From Lama glama (Eukaryota): a stretch of 64,000 bases of DNA. The notes under the pieces are model-generated. The model saw only the letters and a program-made list of their open reading frames with translations. It made no database searches and was not told where the DNA came from. How positions within the stretch are numbered: position 1 is the first letter of the stretch; each line of letters opens with the position of its first letter. This document shows, one piece after another, positions 36,440 to 50,356 of this stretch. The stretch is from assembly GCA_028534125.1 (NCBI GenBank), contig CM052816.1, positions 58,220,001-58,284,000 on the forward strand, in the 5' to 3' direction. The translations under genes were made by a program, and so were the position numbers.

Positions 36440-37420
36440 AACTCAGCCCAGCCTCCCTCTTGAACTACAGATCTATATTCCCAACTACTTACTTAATATC
36501 TTCATTTGAATGTCTCATTTGAATCTCTCAAACTTAACACGTCCAAAGCTGAACTACCGAAGTGCCCCTCAAAACTCTGCTCCATGTGCAGTCTTCCCCA
36601 TCACAATTGAAGGTAATTGCTCAAGCCAAAAAACTTAGAGTCACCTTTTGACTCTTCTTTCTCTTATATATCCCCACAACTAGTCCATCAAAAAGCATGT
36701 TGGCACTAATGCCAAGAATATTCAGAATCCTCACAGTTCTCACCATCTCTATTGCTACCAACCTAGTCCAAACCACCATCCTCTCCCACCTAGATTACCA
36801 TATGAGTCTCCTACTTGGTCTCCCTGATTTTACTCTTGCCCCTCTCAGTCTATTCCTTATACAGCTACTAGAGTAAAGCTTTTAAAATATGAAGTGAGGT
36901 TATCTTATGTCTCTAATCAAAACCCTCCAGTGGTCTCTCATTTCACTTGCAATCTGGTCCCCATCTCTGCTCTAATCTCACCATTATCTACTCTCCCCCT
37001 ACTCACTCTCTCCTAGGCACAGGGGACTTCTGCACTGCCACTGCCTCTGCCAAAACGTCCTACTCATCAATGCCCCAAAAGCTTACTCTCTCACCTCCTC
37101 TAAATCTCTGCTCAATTGTCACCTTTTCAAAGGAGACCTATTCCCACCATCCTTTCAAATGAGAACTCTGCCCCTCCCTGCCCCAACTCTATTTCCTCCT
37201 TTCCTTGTTCTGATTTTTTCCGTCGCATTTATCACCTTCTAACACAATAGTTGTATACTTTACCTAATGGTTACATTTACTATCTGCCTCCCTTGCTGGA
37301 ATGTAAGCTCCTCAAGGGCAGCTGGTTTTATCTCTTTTGCTTACTGCTGTATTCCAGGTGCCTAAAACATCGCTGGCATATAGGAAATACTTTTTTAAAA
37401 ATGTAGAATAAATGAAGGAA
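36440..37420 (+). mobile_element. L2a 3' region
   Basis: CTCAAACTTAACACGTCCAAAGCTGAACT, CCACCATCCTCTCCCACCTAGATTAC, GAATGTAAGCTCCTCAAGGGCAG; ends GAATAAATGAAGGAA. Confidence 0.9.
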
Positions 37421-38249
37421 TTTCTTTTTTGGAAACGGGATTAGCATGTACCACTCTAATAATTGAAAGATTTTGGGCAGATATATGATTATGTTTCTCA
37501 CCAATCAACTCTTTTCAATGACTGATTGATCCAAAGGGGGTTCTCTCCTTGAACTTGAACAGAATTAAACCCATGAACCTCCAAACTTAACATTACCCTC
37601 TTAAAGCTTATCTGCAGTTCCAGGTCTGCCAGCGATCCTAATAACAAAAGCTGTTTAGCTGATCATTTTTTTAGCCATTGGTGACTTCTCTCCAGCACTA
37701 GTCACAAATATTCTCTTCACTCTGCTAAAACTATTAAAGCAATGACAGGGGCAACTTTAATTGGCTTCTTGATTGCCCCCGAACAAGGTACCTGTGTGGT
37801 CCCCTCAAAATACTTTGCATATCTTACTCTGTGACAGACACAGAAAATTATTTATATAACAGGAGACAACACCACTGTATGAACTCATTCTCTTGCTTTC
37901 CTCTACAACCAGGTTCCCTACTAGCTAGCTCTTATCACCAGTGGACAGCACCTATGCTATTAGCTCATTTCTAGGCAACAGGATTTAAGCTCTTCTCCCT
38001 GTTTTCACCACCAGTAGCTCCAGCAGATTCTCAATTTATCGGCAGAGCTGCTTTGGATTCATCTTGCTTTCAGCTATAGACAAAGCTCTCCAGAATAAAT
38101 ATTTGCATCTTGAAACATTCATACAAGTGGCTTGAGAGAAAGAAATTTCCCATGCCCATAATCTCCATCAGCCACCCCAACAAGGGTATTATCTAAGTGG
38201 TGGACAGTATCCTTGCAAATGAAAGGCAGGTGGAAATTCTGGAGTAACT

Positions 38250-38410
38250 TGAGTCCTTTCTTCACCACTTGTCTATGACCTTGGGTAAGTTAACAGTGTC
38301 CCAAATAGAAATCATAACAGTGAGATTAATAATAGAATATCTGCCATAGGATTGTTTGAAGGTTAAATGAATCATGCCCACTACAAAGTAAGTTTCCAAT
38401 AAATAACTAG
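38250..38410 (+). mobile_element. MIR fragment
   Basis: CTATGACCTTGGGTAAGTTA...ATAGGATTGTTTGAAGGTTAAATGA...CAATAAATA. Confidence 0.6.
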
Positions 38411-40859
38411 TTTAAATTATTATGCAAGCTCTGCTGCAGAACAGCTCCCCAGCTGCCCACCCAGAACCAGACTGATACTCCTAAGCCTCTTTCATTTAGA
38501 AAGTTTGCAGGAACCCCTGATTTAGACAGGATTTGTCAAACCAAGTTCTTGGTTTTTCCATGGTCACCACTCTATCAGCTCTTAAAAGGAGATGTCTATT
38601 TGCCCATGTTGTAAGGTTGTCTGCACAGAAACACCCTCCCCCCAATACCTGAACTCAGTAAGCATTCAGCAGAGAACCAAATAACAGAAGAGCACAGGCC
38701 ACTGAAGGAACACTTATTCTCTTGTCTGGGAGCAATGGTAAGGTTAGCATTTTCAGATGGAATCTGGTACTAAGTAGAAATCAGCCATCCTAGAGTCTAG
38801 ATTTCCATGACCACCTCAATCCCACATTTCTGCAACCCCAAATACGGTTCTTCACTGTTGTTGCTAGATGAGACTCACCAATCAAAGTACACAAATGCAA
38901 TTAAGACTTGAGGCATCTCCCATTTTCCATTTTAGTCAGAGATCTCAATGCCAAGCAAATTCTTGAAAGGTTAGGGTTTCCAGAATTCTATGCCCAAATT
39001 TCAAACCAAGAGGTGGGAAATGATGGAAACCACATATAATCCTAACCCCGTACAACCTGTTCAGGTTTCTAACATTTAACTCAAGTGATCTCATCTGAAT
39101 GAAAAGAAAATTTTATTAACTGCAGAACTGCATTATGTTCTAAATGGATTAAGATAATTTGTTTTATTTGCCATTTAGTCTGGGCTATGAGAGGCCTCCT
39201 TGTCTTCCAAGAAGGCATCTCAGGAAGAGAAAGTGGATTGTGAGGCTGAGGTTTTGAGTGTTCTGCTCAAATCCATGAGATAGGGAGGGGCCCTGCAGGC
39301 ACAAAGAAGCAGTTCTGCTTAGAAATGTCATACTGCAGGATGCCAGTGAAAAGCCTTTATTGAGATGCAGTCAGGCATGGAAGATGTCACGTGTTGTGAG
39401 AAGATTCAGAGGCACCTGTGCTGACGGTGGGTGGATTGCTCCCATCGGCTTGGGCGTAGGGTGGTATCCCGGCATCCCCTACAAAGTGAGGGAGGGCGTC
39501 CCTGCCAATTACTCTAGGACTGAAAGAAAGAGTGTCCAGGGAATGCAGAACACCAGCCTAAAACTCGGATTACTATCCTACTACTAATCTGAGCCTCAGT
39601 TATCTTCTGCATAGTGAGGGTTTTGAGATGGAGGACCTCCAGGGTCTCTTAACTCTAGCTACAAGAAATGGAAGGCTGATTCTTTTCACAAAGGCTCTTT
39701 GTTGTGGAATTCCTTGCTGCTGACCCTCCAGACCCCATGCAAGCACAATCTTTAGAAATTAGCATTTTATTGACTTTGACATGTGCTGTCACTGACGCTT
39801 CTGTTTTATGTGTTTTAATTAAATGTTATTATTTGCCACTGTGTCCCGAGGCCATGTGGTGGGAATGGGTGAGATTTCATAAATCAGACCTGGACTTCTA
39901 CGTTGGGAGTTCATTGATCATTCTTGTGATGTCACTGTAATTATTTCTCTAAGTTCAGTAGAGAAGCTTTGATGTTCTCTTTGTAGCTGAGCAAAGGCTT
40001 CTTTCCATTTATCTCCCACCTTGTTGAAAATGCACAAAGCCCTCTTCCAAAACTCACCCTCCTCTGATTAAAAAAACGAGCATATTGTTTTGCTTTCAAG
40101 GTGGTTGCTATTTTTAGATGCTACTATCTCTCTCGGAGGGGCCTCCAAGCCCACTTTACTCTGTGGCCAGACCTGCAACTGTGGCTTCTGTCTGTTCCTC
40201 TCTCTGTCCTTATTTTGGTGCCCCCTTTGTTCCCTACACACTGCACTGCAGGCTCTGGACAAACTTTAGTTTGAAACTCCTTCTAGATGCCCATCTTGTC
40301 AGGGATGTCATTTTTATTACCTTCTCTACACCCTGCATGCCTGCCTTGCACGACGTTAGGGCTCAATGCACATCGACTGAATTTAATTGAGGGGAGAGAG
40401 TGAGGAATCTACATTTCTTCCAAGCAGAATCATCATACAGGCAGCTGAGATTCATTCCACAGCCTGTACCTCAGCTGGGACAAGAAAGACCTTGGCTAGA
40501 CAGGGAAGAGACTACGGGTCTTTTCTTTAGAGCATCACTGTGTGTGTTAAATCCAAACAATATTACTGTTCTTCCCCCAAGATCCCATTATACATAGTGA
40601 ATTCCTAAAATATTTGGGAGGACCTAGAAAGGTGGGAGAGATTGTTTATCAACCATTTTTTGCTCATGCTTAACAAATATTTCTTGAATAAACATCTACA
40701 TAGAAATTAGAGACCTAAGGAAATGTAAGCATCCCCTCAGGCTTCCCTGTCTCCCTCAATCCAATCCAGTCTCCTACAAGAAGCAGGGCTTTCCCCAACA
40801 CTAGCATTTTCACTTTCCCAAATTTCTAAAGCCACAGGTTTTTATTTGATTACAATTTT

Positions 40860-41135
40860 ATTTATTTAACAAATATTTATAGAGCAGTGTATGCCAGGTA
40901 CCCTTCTAAGCACACCACATATATTAACTCATTTAGTCCTCATAACAATCTCATGAGGTGTTATTATTATTAATAATGGTATTATTAATCTTCAACTTAC
41001 TGATGAGGAAAATGAGGCACAAAGGAGCTAAATAACTTGGCCAAGGTTGCACAGCTAGTAGGTACCAGTCAGGATTTAAACCCAGGCAGTTAAGCCCCAG
41101 AGTCCATTTTTCTAACCCCTATTCCAGGCTGCCTC
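40860..41135 (-). mobile_element. MIR
   Basis: TAACTCATTTAGTCCTCATAACAATCTCATGAGG...GATGAGGAAAATGAGGCACA...TAACTTGGCCAAGGTTGCACAGCTAGTA. Confidence 0.85.
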
Positions 41136-41257
41136 CAGCGATGCCATGGACAGATCATTGGTAGTTTGGTGTCAGCCCAGACTCTCTAGCTGTACTGCCA
41201 GCTTCATGACGTGTGGCACCACAGCTCCTACTGCCTTGATTACATCCTACTGCCATG

Positions 41258-41720
41258 TTCATTTGATAAATATTTATTAAGTACCTCTTCTGTATCTGGA
41301 ACATTCTAGGTTCTAGGAATATAGCAATGAACCAGACTGTCAGGAACCCTGCCTCACAGAGCTTACATTCTAATGAGAGAAACACACAATATCAGGTAAA
41401 CAAACCAACCAATTGAGAAGATAATTAGAGATCATCACAAGTGCAACAAAGGGAATGAAAGAAAGCAGTGGGACAAGGAGGACTTGAGGCAAAGAGACTT
41501 CATGATATTGTGAAAGAGACTCACAGAAGAGGTCATGTCTGAATTGATTCCTGAGGGGAAACAGGCAGCTCTGTGAGGATCTGAGGAAAGAGAGCTCCAG
41601 TCAGAGGGTCAGCAGGTGCAAAGGCCCTGAGTTAGAAATAGGCTTGCAAGTTCCAGAAAGAGAAAGGTACCTGGAGAAAAACAATCAATGAGGAGATAGA
41701 AATAAAGCAGAGCTCAGATA
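41258..41720 (-). mobile_element. L2 3' region
   Basis: TTCATTTGATAAATATTTATTAAGTACC...CCCTGCCTCACAGAGCTTACATTCTA...AGGTGCAAAGGCCCTGAG. Confidence 0.8.
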
Positions 41721-41904
41721 GTGAGGCCTCAGAATTTGGATTATGTTATGTTGCAAGAAACCATGGGAAATGTCCCAGTGCTGAGTCCCCAGAGGACTTT
41801 AAATAACTCCCACATCTCTAAGGCTGTGTGCTCTCAGCATAGTGATCTACCTGGGACCACTGAGCACTACCTTCAGGGCACCCAGTTATTCCCTGCAGTT
41901 ACCA

Positions 41905-42150
41905 TTTCAGTGGGTGCCATGGACAACCGTGTGGACCTGGAGTCAGATTTCCTGGGTTTCAATCCCTGCTCTCCCATTCACTAGCTGAATGACTTTGGGC
42001 GAATTATTGGACCCAAGCTTCGGTTTTCTGGCCTGAAAAGTGAGGTCGTAAAGTACATATCCCAGAAAATTACTGAGAAAATTAAATGAGATAATGAGTA
42101 TCACTTGCTCAGCAAAGCACTAAGATGTAGGAAGCAAACACAACGGCAGT
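41905..42150 (+). mobile_element. MIR (MIRb-like)
   Basis: TGGAGTCAGATTTCCTGGGTTTCAATCCCTGCTCTCCCATTCACTAGCTGAATGACTTTGGGC...ATTAAATGAGATAATG. Confidence 0.8.
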
Positions 42151-42323
42151 TTTTATACTGTGGCAGTTATTTTTATAATAATATTGGTAGAAGATCAGCC
42201 CTGAAGTTTAACACTGCCTAGTAGAAAGTGCTGGAATCTCTTGGCGTCAGCTCTGTTGGTTACTGGGCTGACAGCAGCAGATCAGTGAAAAGGGTCTGAG
42301 AAGAAAAGAAAAAAACAGAAAAA

Positions 42324-42325
<2 letters not shown>

Positions 42326-42362
<37 letters not shown>
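42326..42362. repeat. (CA)n microsatellite
   Basis: About 18 CA units. Confidence 0.95.
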
Positions 42363-42363
<1 letters not shown>

Positions 42364-42740
42364 CCAGTATAATCCAAAACATCTACTATTTTTCCAAATA
42401 TCATGATCTCTACTATTTTTTTTCATGCAACATACTGGAAAGTTCCAATCTGATTCGTTCAGCATCCCTCCCCGAGCTCCATTCTGTTTCACATTAGTGT
42501 ACAGAGACATCAGAAGTGGTGTAAGCCTCTAATGGAGAATTGCTAGCTGACAATGTAGGGCACCATAATAAGAAATACACTTCTTAGCCAGATGAAAAAA
42601 GGAAAGAATTTAACCTGAGGAATGCCAAGGCAGGATTCTGTTCAGATTTCCTGAGAAATAGAGTTTCATCAAAAAGCTAAGACTGGAGTTACTCTAAGCA
42701 CTTTCTTTTGGTGCTCCAAGGGTCCGTTGAGAACCAAGCC

Positions 42741-42760
42741 CTGGCGCCATCTCCTGGCAG
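42741..42760 (-). promoter_or_regulatory. CTCF-like motif
   Basis: Minus strand CTGCCAGGAGATGGCGCCAG matches the CTCF core CCASYAGRKGGCRS apart from one position, and keeps its CpG in a CpG-poor region. Confidence 0.5.
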
Positions 42761-43589
42761 TCTCCAGATCAGCCGTTTAACACAAGGAACCCCTCCCCCT
42801 TCCTGACAGAAATTAAGTTCAGGGGAAAAAAACGGTAATTTCACAGTAACTTCTGTGTTTTCAACCTCCTGTTAAATATTTGAATCGAGAAGAGCAGATG
42901 GTAATAGTCTCAGCCACTTACAGTCCCCACAAGGGACAGTCCCTGCTATGCCACCACTTCCTTTGTTTCTATAAGCGCTTGTCACCAAATAGAGGTACCC
43001 AGAGATCAGAGACAGCATATTTATCTTCAATGGGCCAATGCTTGGCCCCACTCCCACCAATGCATTCTTACAAAAGGATAGTCCTCTCTGCCCAATTTAC
43101 ATCCGCAAATACTTCCACTTACAGAAGACAATTTACACAAAGAAATTAGGCATGGAATCTGCCTTCAAAGAGTTGGGCTCCCAGCTCACTACAGAACTGC
43201 AAGCCTAAATTCACCTCTGTTCCCAGAATCTCATGATAAGGATCAGTATGGGGTCCGTTCTCCCTGGGGAAAGAAAATATGGCCACCCTTGTCACCATGG
43301 CCACTTTCATTTTCCAAGGCTTTGGTGAGAACAGGTGGCTTCCTGGCCTGGGGAACTTCAGTAGTTTGTATCTAGCTCCATATTCACCTTAAAACCAAGT
43401 AACTTGGCATCAGCAGACGTACAGCCTGAAATAGCTAGGAAAAATAAATCTACAGGGTTGCTGACCAAAGAGTAAACCAATATCCCAAAGAATTCTAGCT
43501 CATTCTTCCAGGGGGAAAGGCAGGACCATTTTGAAGACAGGAAAGTCACTGGCTGGGCTGGTTCCTCCCTTTTTTACTCAAGGATATAT

Positions 43590-43800
43590 ATTTACTTATT
43601 TAAAATGCATTATGCCTTTTCTGCTTGCCGGATAAGCACTTCATCTGTAGCTCTTCACTTAATCTCAACAACAATACATGTAACTGGTACCATTTTCATT
43701 TCCACTTAACAGAAGAAAACAGGCTTAGAAGAGAGAGTTTAAATAACTTGCCCAGAATCTTAGAATAATCAAGTAGTAGACGCAGTATTCAAACTCATAC
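43590..43800 (-). mobile_element. MIR fragment
   Basis: CACTTAATCTCAACAACAA...CCACTTAACAGAAGAAAACAGGCTTAGA...AAATAACTTGCCCA. Confidence 0.65.
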
Positions 43801-44539
43801 ATCCTCATTCCTCTTAATCACTCACTTCAAGTGTCTCTCAGAGACCCAGGATTTAGAATTTTCACAGGCATTGCTGAAAACACAGTCGCCACTCCTTACA
43901 TCTGCAGGATGAATGAAATGGGATACTTCTCCATAGATAAAGAAGGTGCTCTCCAAAACCCTGTCGATGTCCGTGTTGTGGGGAGAGGAAGAGGTGCATC
44001 AGCCCCAGGCATCACCTAATCTTACCTCTTTAGCAGCACATACTCAGTATAAATCCTTCCCCTTCATCTTCATGCACTGATGCAGTTACTGAATTGTAGT
44101 CCTCATCCCCAGCCAGTTTCCTAGGATCCTGACAGTAATTTTCTCACACTGTCCATGCCTGATTATTGATTTCTCATGGTTATTTGCAAAGCACAAATAC
44201 AAATGCTATTAACTGGTAATAAAACTAGCCAGCCGTTTCTAAAACCCAGCACTGGCAACTGCTCTGTGGTCTTTGGGGACCCTTCCTTTGCCAGATTCTG
44301 CTAAAGCAAATATTTCTTTTTGATGCAAAAATGCCAAGGGAAGCAGTCTTGTCTTTTGCTCTTTCTAAAATTTATAGAATGATGAGGTCTGGTTGGGTCC
44401 AGAGTAGGGAAATAGTCTTTTAAGAATTACAGAAAGCTTTCAGGATTCCTAATTCCAGAAACTACCCACCAGTTTCAATATACAGATATCATACTTTTTC
44501 CCCATATATCATTACTTTTTTTTTTGAAGTAGGAATTTA

Positions 44540-45390
44540 ATAAGCATTCATTAACCATCTGTTGGGTTCCAGGCACTATGCTAGCCACTGCAGATACCAA
44601 AGAAACATTACCATACCTGCCCTCAAGGTGCTTATAATCTAGTTATGGAGACATGACCCATACATGAAGCAACTCAAGAATAAGGCTAGGCGGTGCTCAG
44701 TCAGGTGTCAGATGGCAAGATACAGGTAATAGGGACTGTTATGCTCAGAAACAGAAATGGTCAGCCTGGTCCAAGCAGTCAAGATGTGAAGCCCCCAGTT
44801 CTGCTCCTCACTAGACCCTAATTTCAGGAACTTAATTGGACCTTGGTTATGGGATCTGTAAAATGACAGAGCTCAGCCATTCATACAACACATTTGTTTG
44901 GAGTGCTGACCATAAACCAGACTCTATTGTGGTTCTGGTGATACAGTTTTGAACAAGACAATGACCTGCCATATACTCTGGTGAGGGGAAAGGGAAAGGC
45001 AGACGATAAACAGATATATGGATAAATATATTACTTGGCAGTAGTGACAAGTAAATCAAAACAAGGAGATAGTGGGTGGCAGGAGACTGTGTCAGGAAGG
45101 GTGAGCAGGGGGAATCTCACCAATCAAAGAATATTAGAGTGTGGATGTGGATGACCTGAGCGAGGGACCCAAACTGATGTCTGGGGGATGAGCATTCCTG
45201 GAAGAAGAAACAGCAAGGCAAAGGCCCTGAGACAGGAATGGCTTGAAATGTTTGAGGAACAACACAGATGTCACTGTGGCTGGATCACCATGAGTGTGTG
45301 GGGACTGGTGGGAAGTGAAGAGCAGCCAGGAGGCAGATCATGAAGAACCCAGTGGATCAAGGTGAGGAGTTTGATGGGAAGCTAGGAAGG
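44540..45390 (-). mobile_element. L2 fragments (two 3' ends, about 44540-44790 and 44875-45390) with a short MIR piece between
   Basis: CCAGGCACTATGCTAG...CCTGCCCTCAAGGTGCTTATAATCTAG; CATTCATACAACACATTTGTTTG...GCAAAGGCCCTGAGACAGGAATGGCTTG. Confidence 0.7.
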
Positions 45391-47750
45391 CTTAATATGT
45401 GCCGGAGTATCCAAACCATCTCTGATTCTAAGAGGGAGGACTTGAGCAAGACAGTCCTGAATGAGTATGATCTCGAATGGAGAAGTCCAAATGCTAAGGA
45501 GCCACATGTAAGACGGTCTGGGTTCTCTTTTGCAGTTGGGCAGTAATTTAGAGAAGTAACCAAATGAAAGAAAAAAAAATTAGGGGTAGAATCCTAAAGA
45601 CCAAGGAGAGTCTCAGGCATTTCATGAGAAAATTGAGAATTACATGGTGCCTTTGATACTCATAGGCAGCCAGTGCCCTGATGCCATCCTCCTTCTGTCC
45701 AAAGACTCCCAATGTGGTGCCCTATTAGAGTCATCCAAGATCCCATCCTCCTAGACAACAACTCTCTCCTCAGTGCCTCATGGCCACTGTCATCTCTATA
45801 ATAGATAACAGGTGGGTGTTAACACTGAATAAATCCAAGCTAATTGGTTGGTGTTCCTCAAATTTCCTACTCTCCGCCATTTCTTCCTCAGAGAGAAGAC
45901 AGAAAGTACATGGCCCCAGAATGCCTGAATGATGTGCCATGAAACAGTCCAAGCAGGAAATTAATTCAGGATTGATGTTTCACCTTAAAACTCATGTGAA
46001 TGTTGTATTTTATTCCAGATCTACTTATAAGAACTTAACAGCAATGTTTTATAGTAGTCAAGGAGCAAATATGACTCTCCCTGAAGATATGCCACACTTA
46101 TCCTGAGACTGATCACACACCTAGCACATTATACCATGTCCCAAGGGCTGGACAAACTCCATTGGAAAAGCATGAAGTTGAAAATTAAACTTAACCCAAT
46201 TAAAACACTCTTCTCTCCAGAAGGGCCCTACATAGTTGCTGATACTTGGGATTTCAAGGATTATGGACCACCACTGGGGGCAATGTATGAGGCAGAGGGA
46301 CTCTAAAGCAGATCTGGGAGTTCCTTAAATAAAGCCCCTAATGCTAGGCCTGATCCCACAATTGTTTATTTATGAAAGCACAAGTGATTTCAAATGTGAC
46401 TTGTGTTACTAGCACAAGTTGGAAGTATTCTGCATCTTAACTATCTCTGAGCATCAGCAGGCAATAATGTGAATAGCACGTGCAATCTCGCAGCTCCATA
46501 GCCATTACATAAAATCTCAGTAAGTTCTTTCAGTATCACATGCTCTTAGGAAGTGATACTGTGGCCATGAATAAGAAAGCATTCACAAAGAAACTGACAC
46601 TTCTTCTTGTTTCCTAAATGGTAGCTTACAGCATCTCTAAGGGGCTACGTTGCTCATATTGTGTTTGTTTAATATTTGACAATATCTTGGCTCATACTGT
46701 AGTGCATCTGAGATTAAATGATTACTTGTATATGCACAATTGCCCACACAGATGGGAAAATGTGTTTATTTGGGAAAGAAAAATAAATTAGAAGGAAAAA
46801 ATCCTCCGTGATACATGCATCAGTACTACTATGATTACACAATATTATATTAGCAATATTTTGAGGGACTTACTCTAAATAACAGTCCTTCCTTCCAACT
46901 CAGAATCCACATAATTACAGCTTTCTGGCTACCAGGAAAGGAGAGGCTGCCATGTTCAAAGCGGCGCATGCTAGGGATTGAGCAGGCTGCTGCTGCCACA
47001 CCGTGGGCATTGCTGAGATGGCACCCACAGGAAGTTTCACCGGCTCCCAGCCAAAGAAAAAGATATAAAATATTTACTTTCTATGCAATTCCTATTTTCA
47101 GTTCTCTCACATTAATGACAATTATCATAAATAATAAACACAGAATGCTTTATGTAATTCCAGCTGCATCGTGCAGCAGAAAATGTACTGAATATATAAA
47201 TATATATACATTTAATATACATTAAATATATAAGTATATATTTAAATATAAATATATTTCTTGTTATCATTTTATCTTATTCCCTAAATATCTAGTTTAT
47301 GTTATCATTATACAAAGATGACTTTTTAAAATTTAGGTCTGATATATGATTTTTATGCTTAATAAAAAATGAATATCCCAAATCCAAAAAATTAGCATTT
47401 TTGCTTTAGGGTACAAAAATATTTCAGTCTGTTCTCCCTTTTTGATTAAGCTAAGCATTGATTTTATGTAGAACTCTCCTACCTAAAGATTCTAAGAATT
47501 CTGATAAATTAAATGGAAACTTTGGTGTAACACAGAAATTAGCTATTAAACTGGATATTTAAGCAATATTCTAATGAGGACTTCACAAACAGGAAGAGGC
47601 AGATCAGGGGTGGGTTAGCTGGGCAGCTCTCCAGGAAATCAATCAACAAGGAGCACTGAAACTTTAAGGAAATTAATGAAATGGGAAAAACTAAATTTAC
47701 GAAATCTCTATTTCAGATAGGGTACAGTATCTAATCTTAAGGAATGCTTT

Positions 47751-47870
47751 ATAGGATTTTGGGGGGGCAGGGGGTGGTAATTAGGTTTATTTATTTATTT
47801 TTTAATGGAGGTACTGGGAATTGAACCCACATGCTAAGCATGTGTTCTACCACTGAGCCCTACCCTCCCC
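47751..47870 (-). mobile_element. Camelid-type tRNA-derived SINE
   Basis: GGTAATTAGGTTTATTTATTTATTTTTAATGGAGGTACTGGGAATTGAACCC...CTACCACTGAGC. TSD CTTAAG(G/T)AATGCTTT at 47736-47750 and 47871-47885. Confidence 0.9.
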
Positions 47871-48024
47871 CTTAAGTAATGCTTTTGATAAGCCTCTTGG
47901 ATTTGGGAGAAGGACCCCCCAAGTAGAACGATAAAACTGCCTTTAAGACAGCTTAAAATACCTAGTAAACTGGGATTAGAAGGTTACTTTCTTAATTTGA
48001 TAAAGGGCCAAATTTGTATTGTAT

Positions 48025-48490
48025 TGTATCCATCAATCAGAAAATGGATCAATAAATTATGGTGTTATTTTACAACAGAATACTACATAGCAGTTTAATT
48101 AGCCATTTGGATCTACATGGACAGTGCTTGAAAATACAAAATCTCATGGGAAAAAAGCCTTTTTCAGAATGTTGAGTGCAGTATACTACCATTCACATAA
48201 ATTTCAAAAATAGATAGATAGCATCATTACATATTGTTCACAGATTCATACAAGTATAAATATATGGACTAGATTCACAACCTAAGTCATGATAGCTTTG
48301 CCTCTGGGGAGACTGCAGACTATATAGGTCTTCACCTTTATGTGGAATATTTTATTTCACTTTTTTAAAAAGAGAGAGAGAGAAAAGGAGAAAAAGATAT
48401 GAAGAAAATATGACCAAAGATAAACTTTTTTTACTTGGCAATGTGGTTACATAAGTGTTTTCATATTATCCTTTCCTTATTTCATTAAAA
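48025..48490 (+). mobile_element. Old L1 (L1ME-like) 3'UTR
   Basis: TATCCATCAATCAGAAAATGGATCAATAAATTATGGTG...ACAACAGAATACTACATAGCAGTT. Confidence 0.65.
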
Positions 48491-50356
48491 AGCAAAAGAG
48501 GCTAATCTAATTCATGGCCAGATCTTTGTTATACTGAGCATGATGTGCAAGTCCAGGGCCAGGGCTAAACAAACAAGAGGTCTCAAGTGTCCTCTTTCCT
48601 CCAGAGAGTACTCAGCCTTCCCTCTCAATAACGTCAGATTATTTCAAAGATTTCAAGAATACTGGTTTGAAGGTTTGTCAGATCATTATTCTGCCCATGG
48701 TGCCTTCATGTCTCCTCCAGTCCTTACATTAAAACATTAAGTCTCAAAACTGCAGAGAGCCTTAACCATCAGCTTTTTTGGTCCAGAGTAGCCCTGCTGG
48801 TATCCTGTATTCCTGGATTAACAACTGAAAAAAATCCCAATGATAAATTTTCAGAGATAAAATAGAGAATAAAATAGAAGGGCAAATGTTTTTAACTAAC
48901 GTATATACTACACACACACATACGTGCACATGTATACTCATACATAATCATCCTAGGTAAATAAAAAAGATACCATGAGAATTTGGAGGGGAAAAAATTG
49001 TTACTTTCTCTTCCATAGGCATATAAACATTGTCTGAAATTTACTAAATTCCTAAACTCTCACTCTGCCCTCAATGTCTGGTCATAGGGAAAAAACTAGG
49101 AAAAAATCATTGAAAATCTTAAGAGCAGCAAGAGAATGAAGCCAGATGGGATCCCATCGATTTTTATTTTTATTTGAACTACCATTTTAGTAAATAGGAA
49201 AATTCCTAATCTGTGCTCTTGTTCTAACTCAATAGAGATGCAACAAAAACAGTTTTATAGACTCCTATCACCCCCAAACACAGCAAATTTATTTGGAGTA
49301 GGAAATTGGCAGGCACTGATAGAGGAAATTTTAATTAAATTCACTACCATAAATTGCAGAAATGTGTCCATGCATTAGAAGCTCCCTGGAGGGAATATTT
49401 CTTTGGAAATAAAAAGAAAATGTGATCTGGAAGAAATATATTTTAGGCTATTATTTCTCTGTGTAAGGAAGCTAAAGCTTGCCCCAAAATAAATTTTGTC
49501 GTCTAGACTGCAGTCTAGAAGGAAATGAGACTGTAATCTACTCATTTCTCTTGCTTTCACAATAGAACTACTCATAGTTGTGATGAGAATCATCCCAAAT
49601 TATAAGGCATAAAAACTGGCATTGCCTCACATGTTATTAGTCTATTTGCAGATGGCACCATAATTTACAACCCAGTCGTATTACAAGAAATGCTGATTCC
49701 ACAAATACTCTGCTTGTGATCAAGAATAAAACACTCTATGCCATACTCTGTTTAAGCTTTCCAAAATTTACACTAAAGCAGTGCTTAAAAGTTATGGGAA
49801 ATAACTCTATCCTCTTCAAGCCATTGCAGATCTTTTTGGATCAAATGTGGATATAAACCAATAAATATCTTTGTTGCTCTCTAATTTAATCACAAACAAT
49901 TACACATATTTCATAGAGTGGGAATTTATAAGGACCTACTATGTTGAACAATTAGCAAACATAGCCAATAAAACTTTAGTTAATTAAGGTCTTCTAGCCT
50001 AAAATAAAAGATATTGATTATAGAGCTGCCAAATCCAAAATCAAGCAATCTTACTGACAACAGCAAAAATGCTATTGGCAGGTACTACAAAATTCATCTC
50101 AAATAAAGACGTATGGTCTTTTTTCTTGAATTCTTAGGTCTTTTTTCTGACATCCCCTTACATTTATGAACTGCCCTCAGTCTACAGGTTTAATGTAAAA
50201 GCCAAAGTAACCAGTCAATTCCTTATATTCATATTTAACATTTGGACAGATGGAAATCCAAATCACCCTCGTGAGGCTGTCATTTTTGATTCAACAAACA
50301 GCTACTGAAGATCTGCTGTTTGTACAATGCTCTGTGGTAAGAAATACATCTAGATA

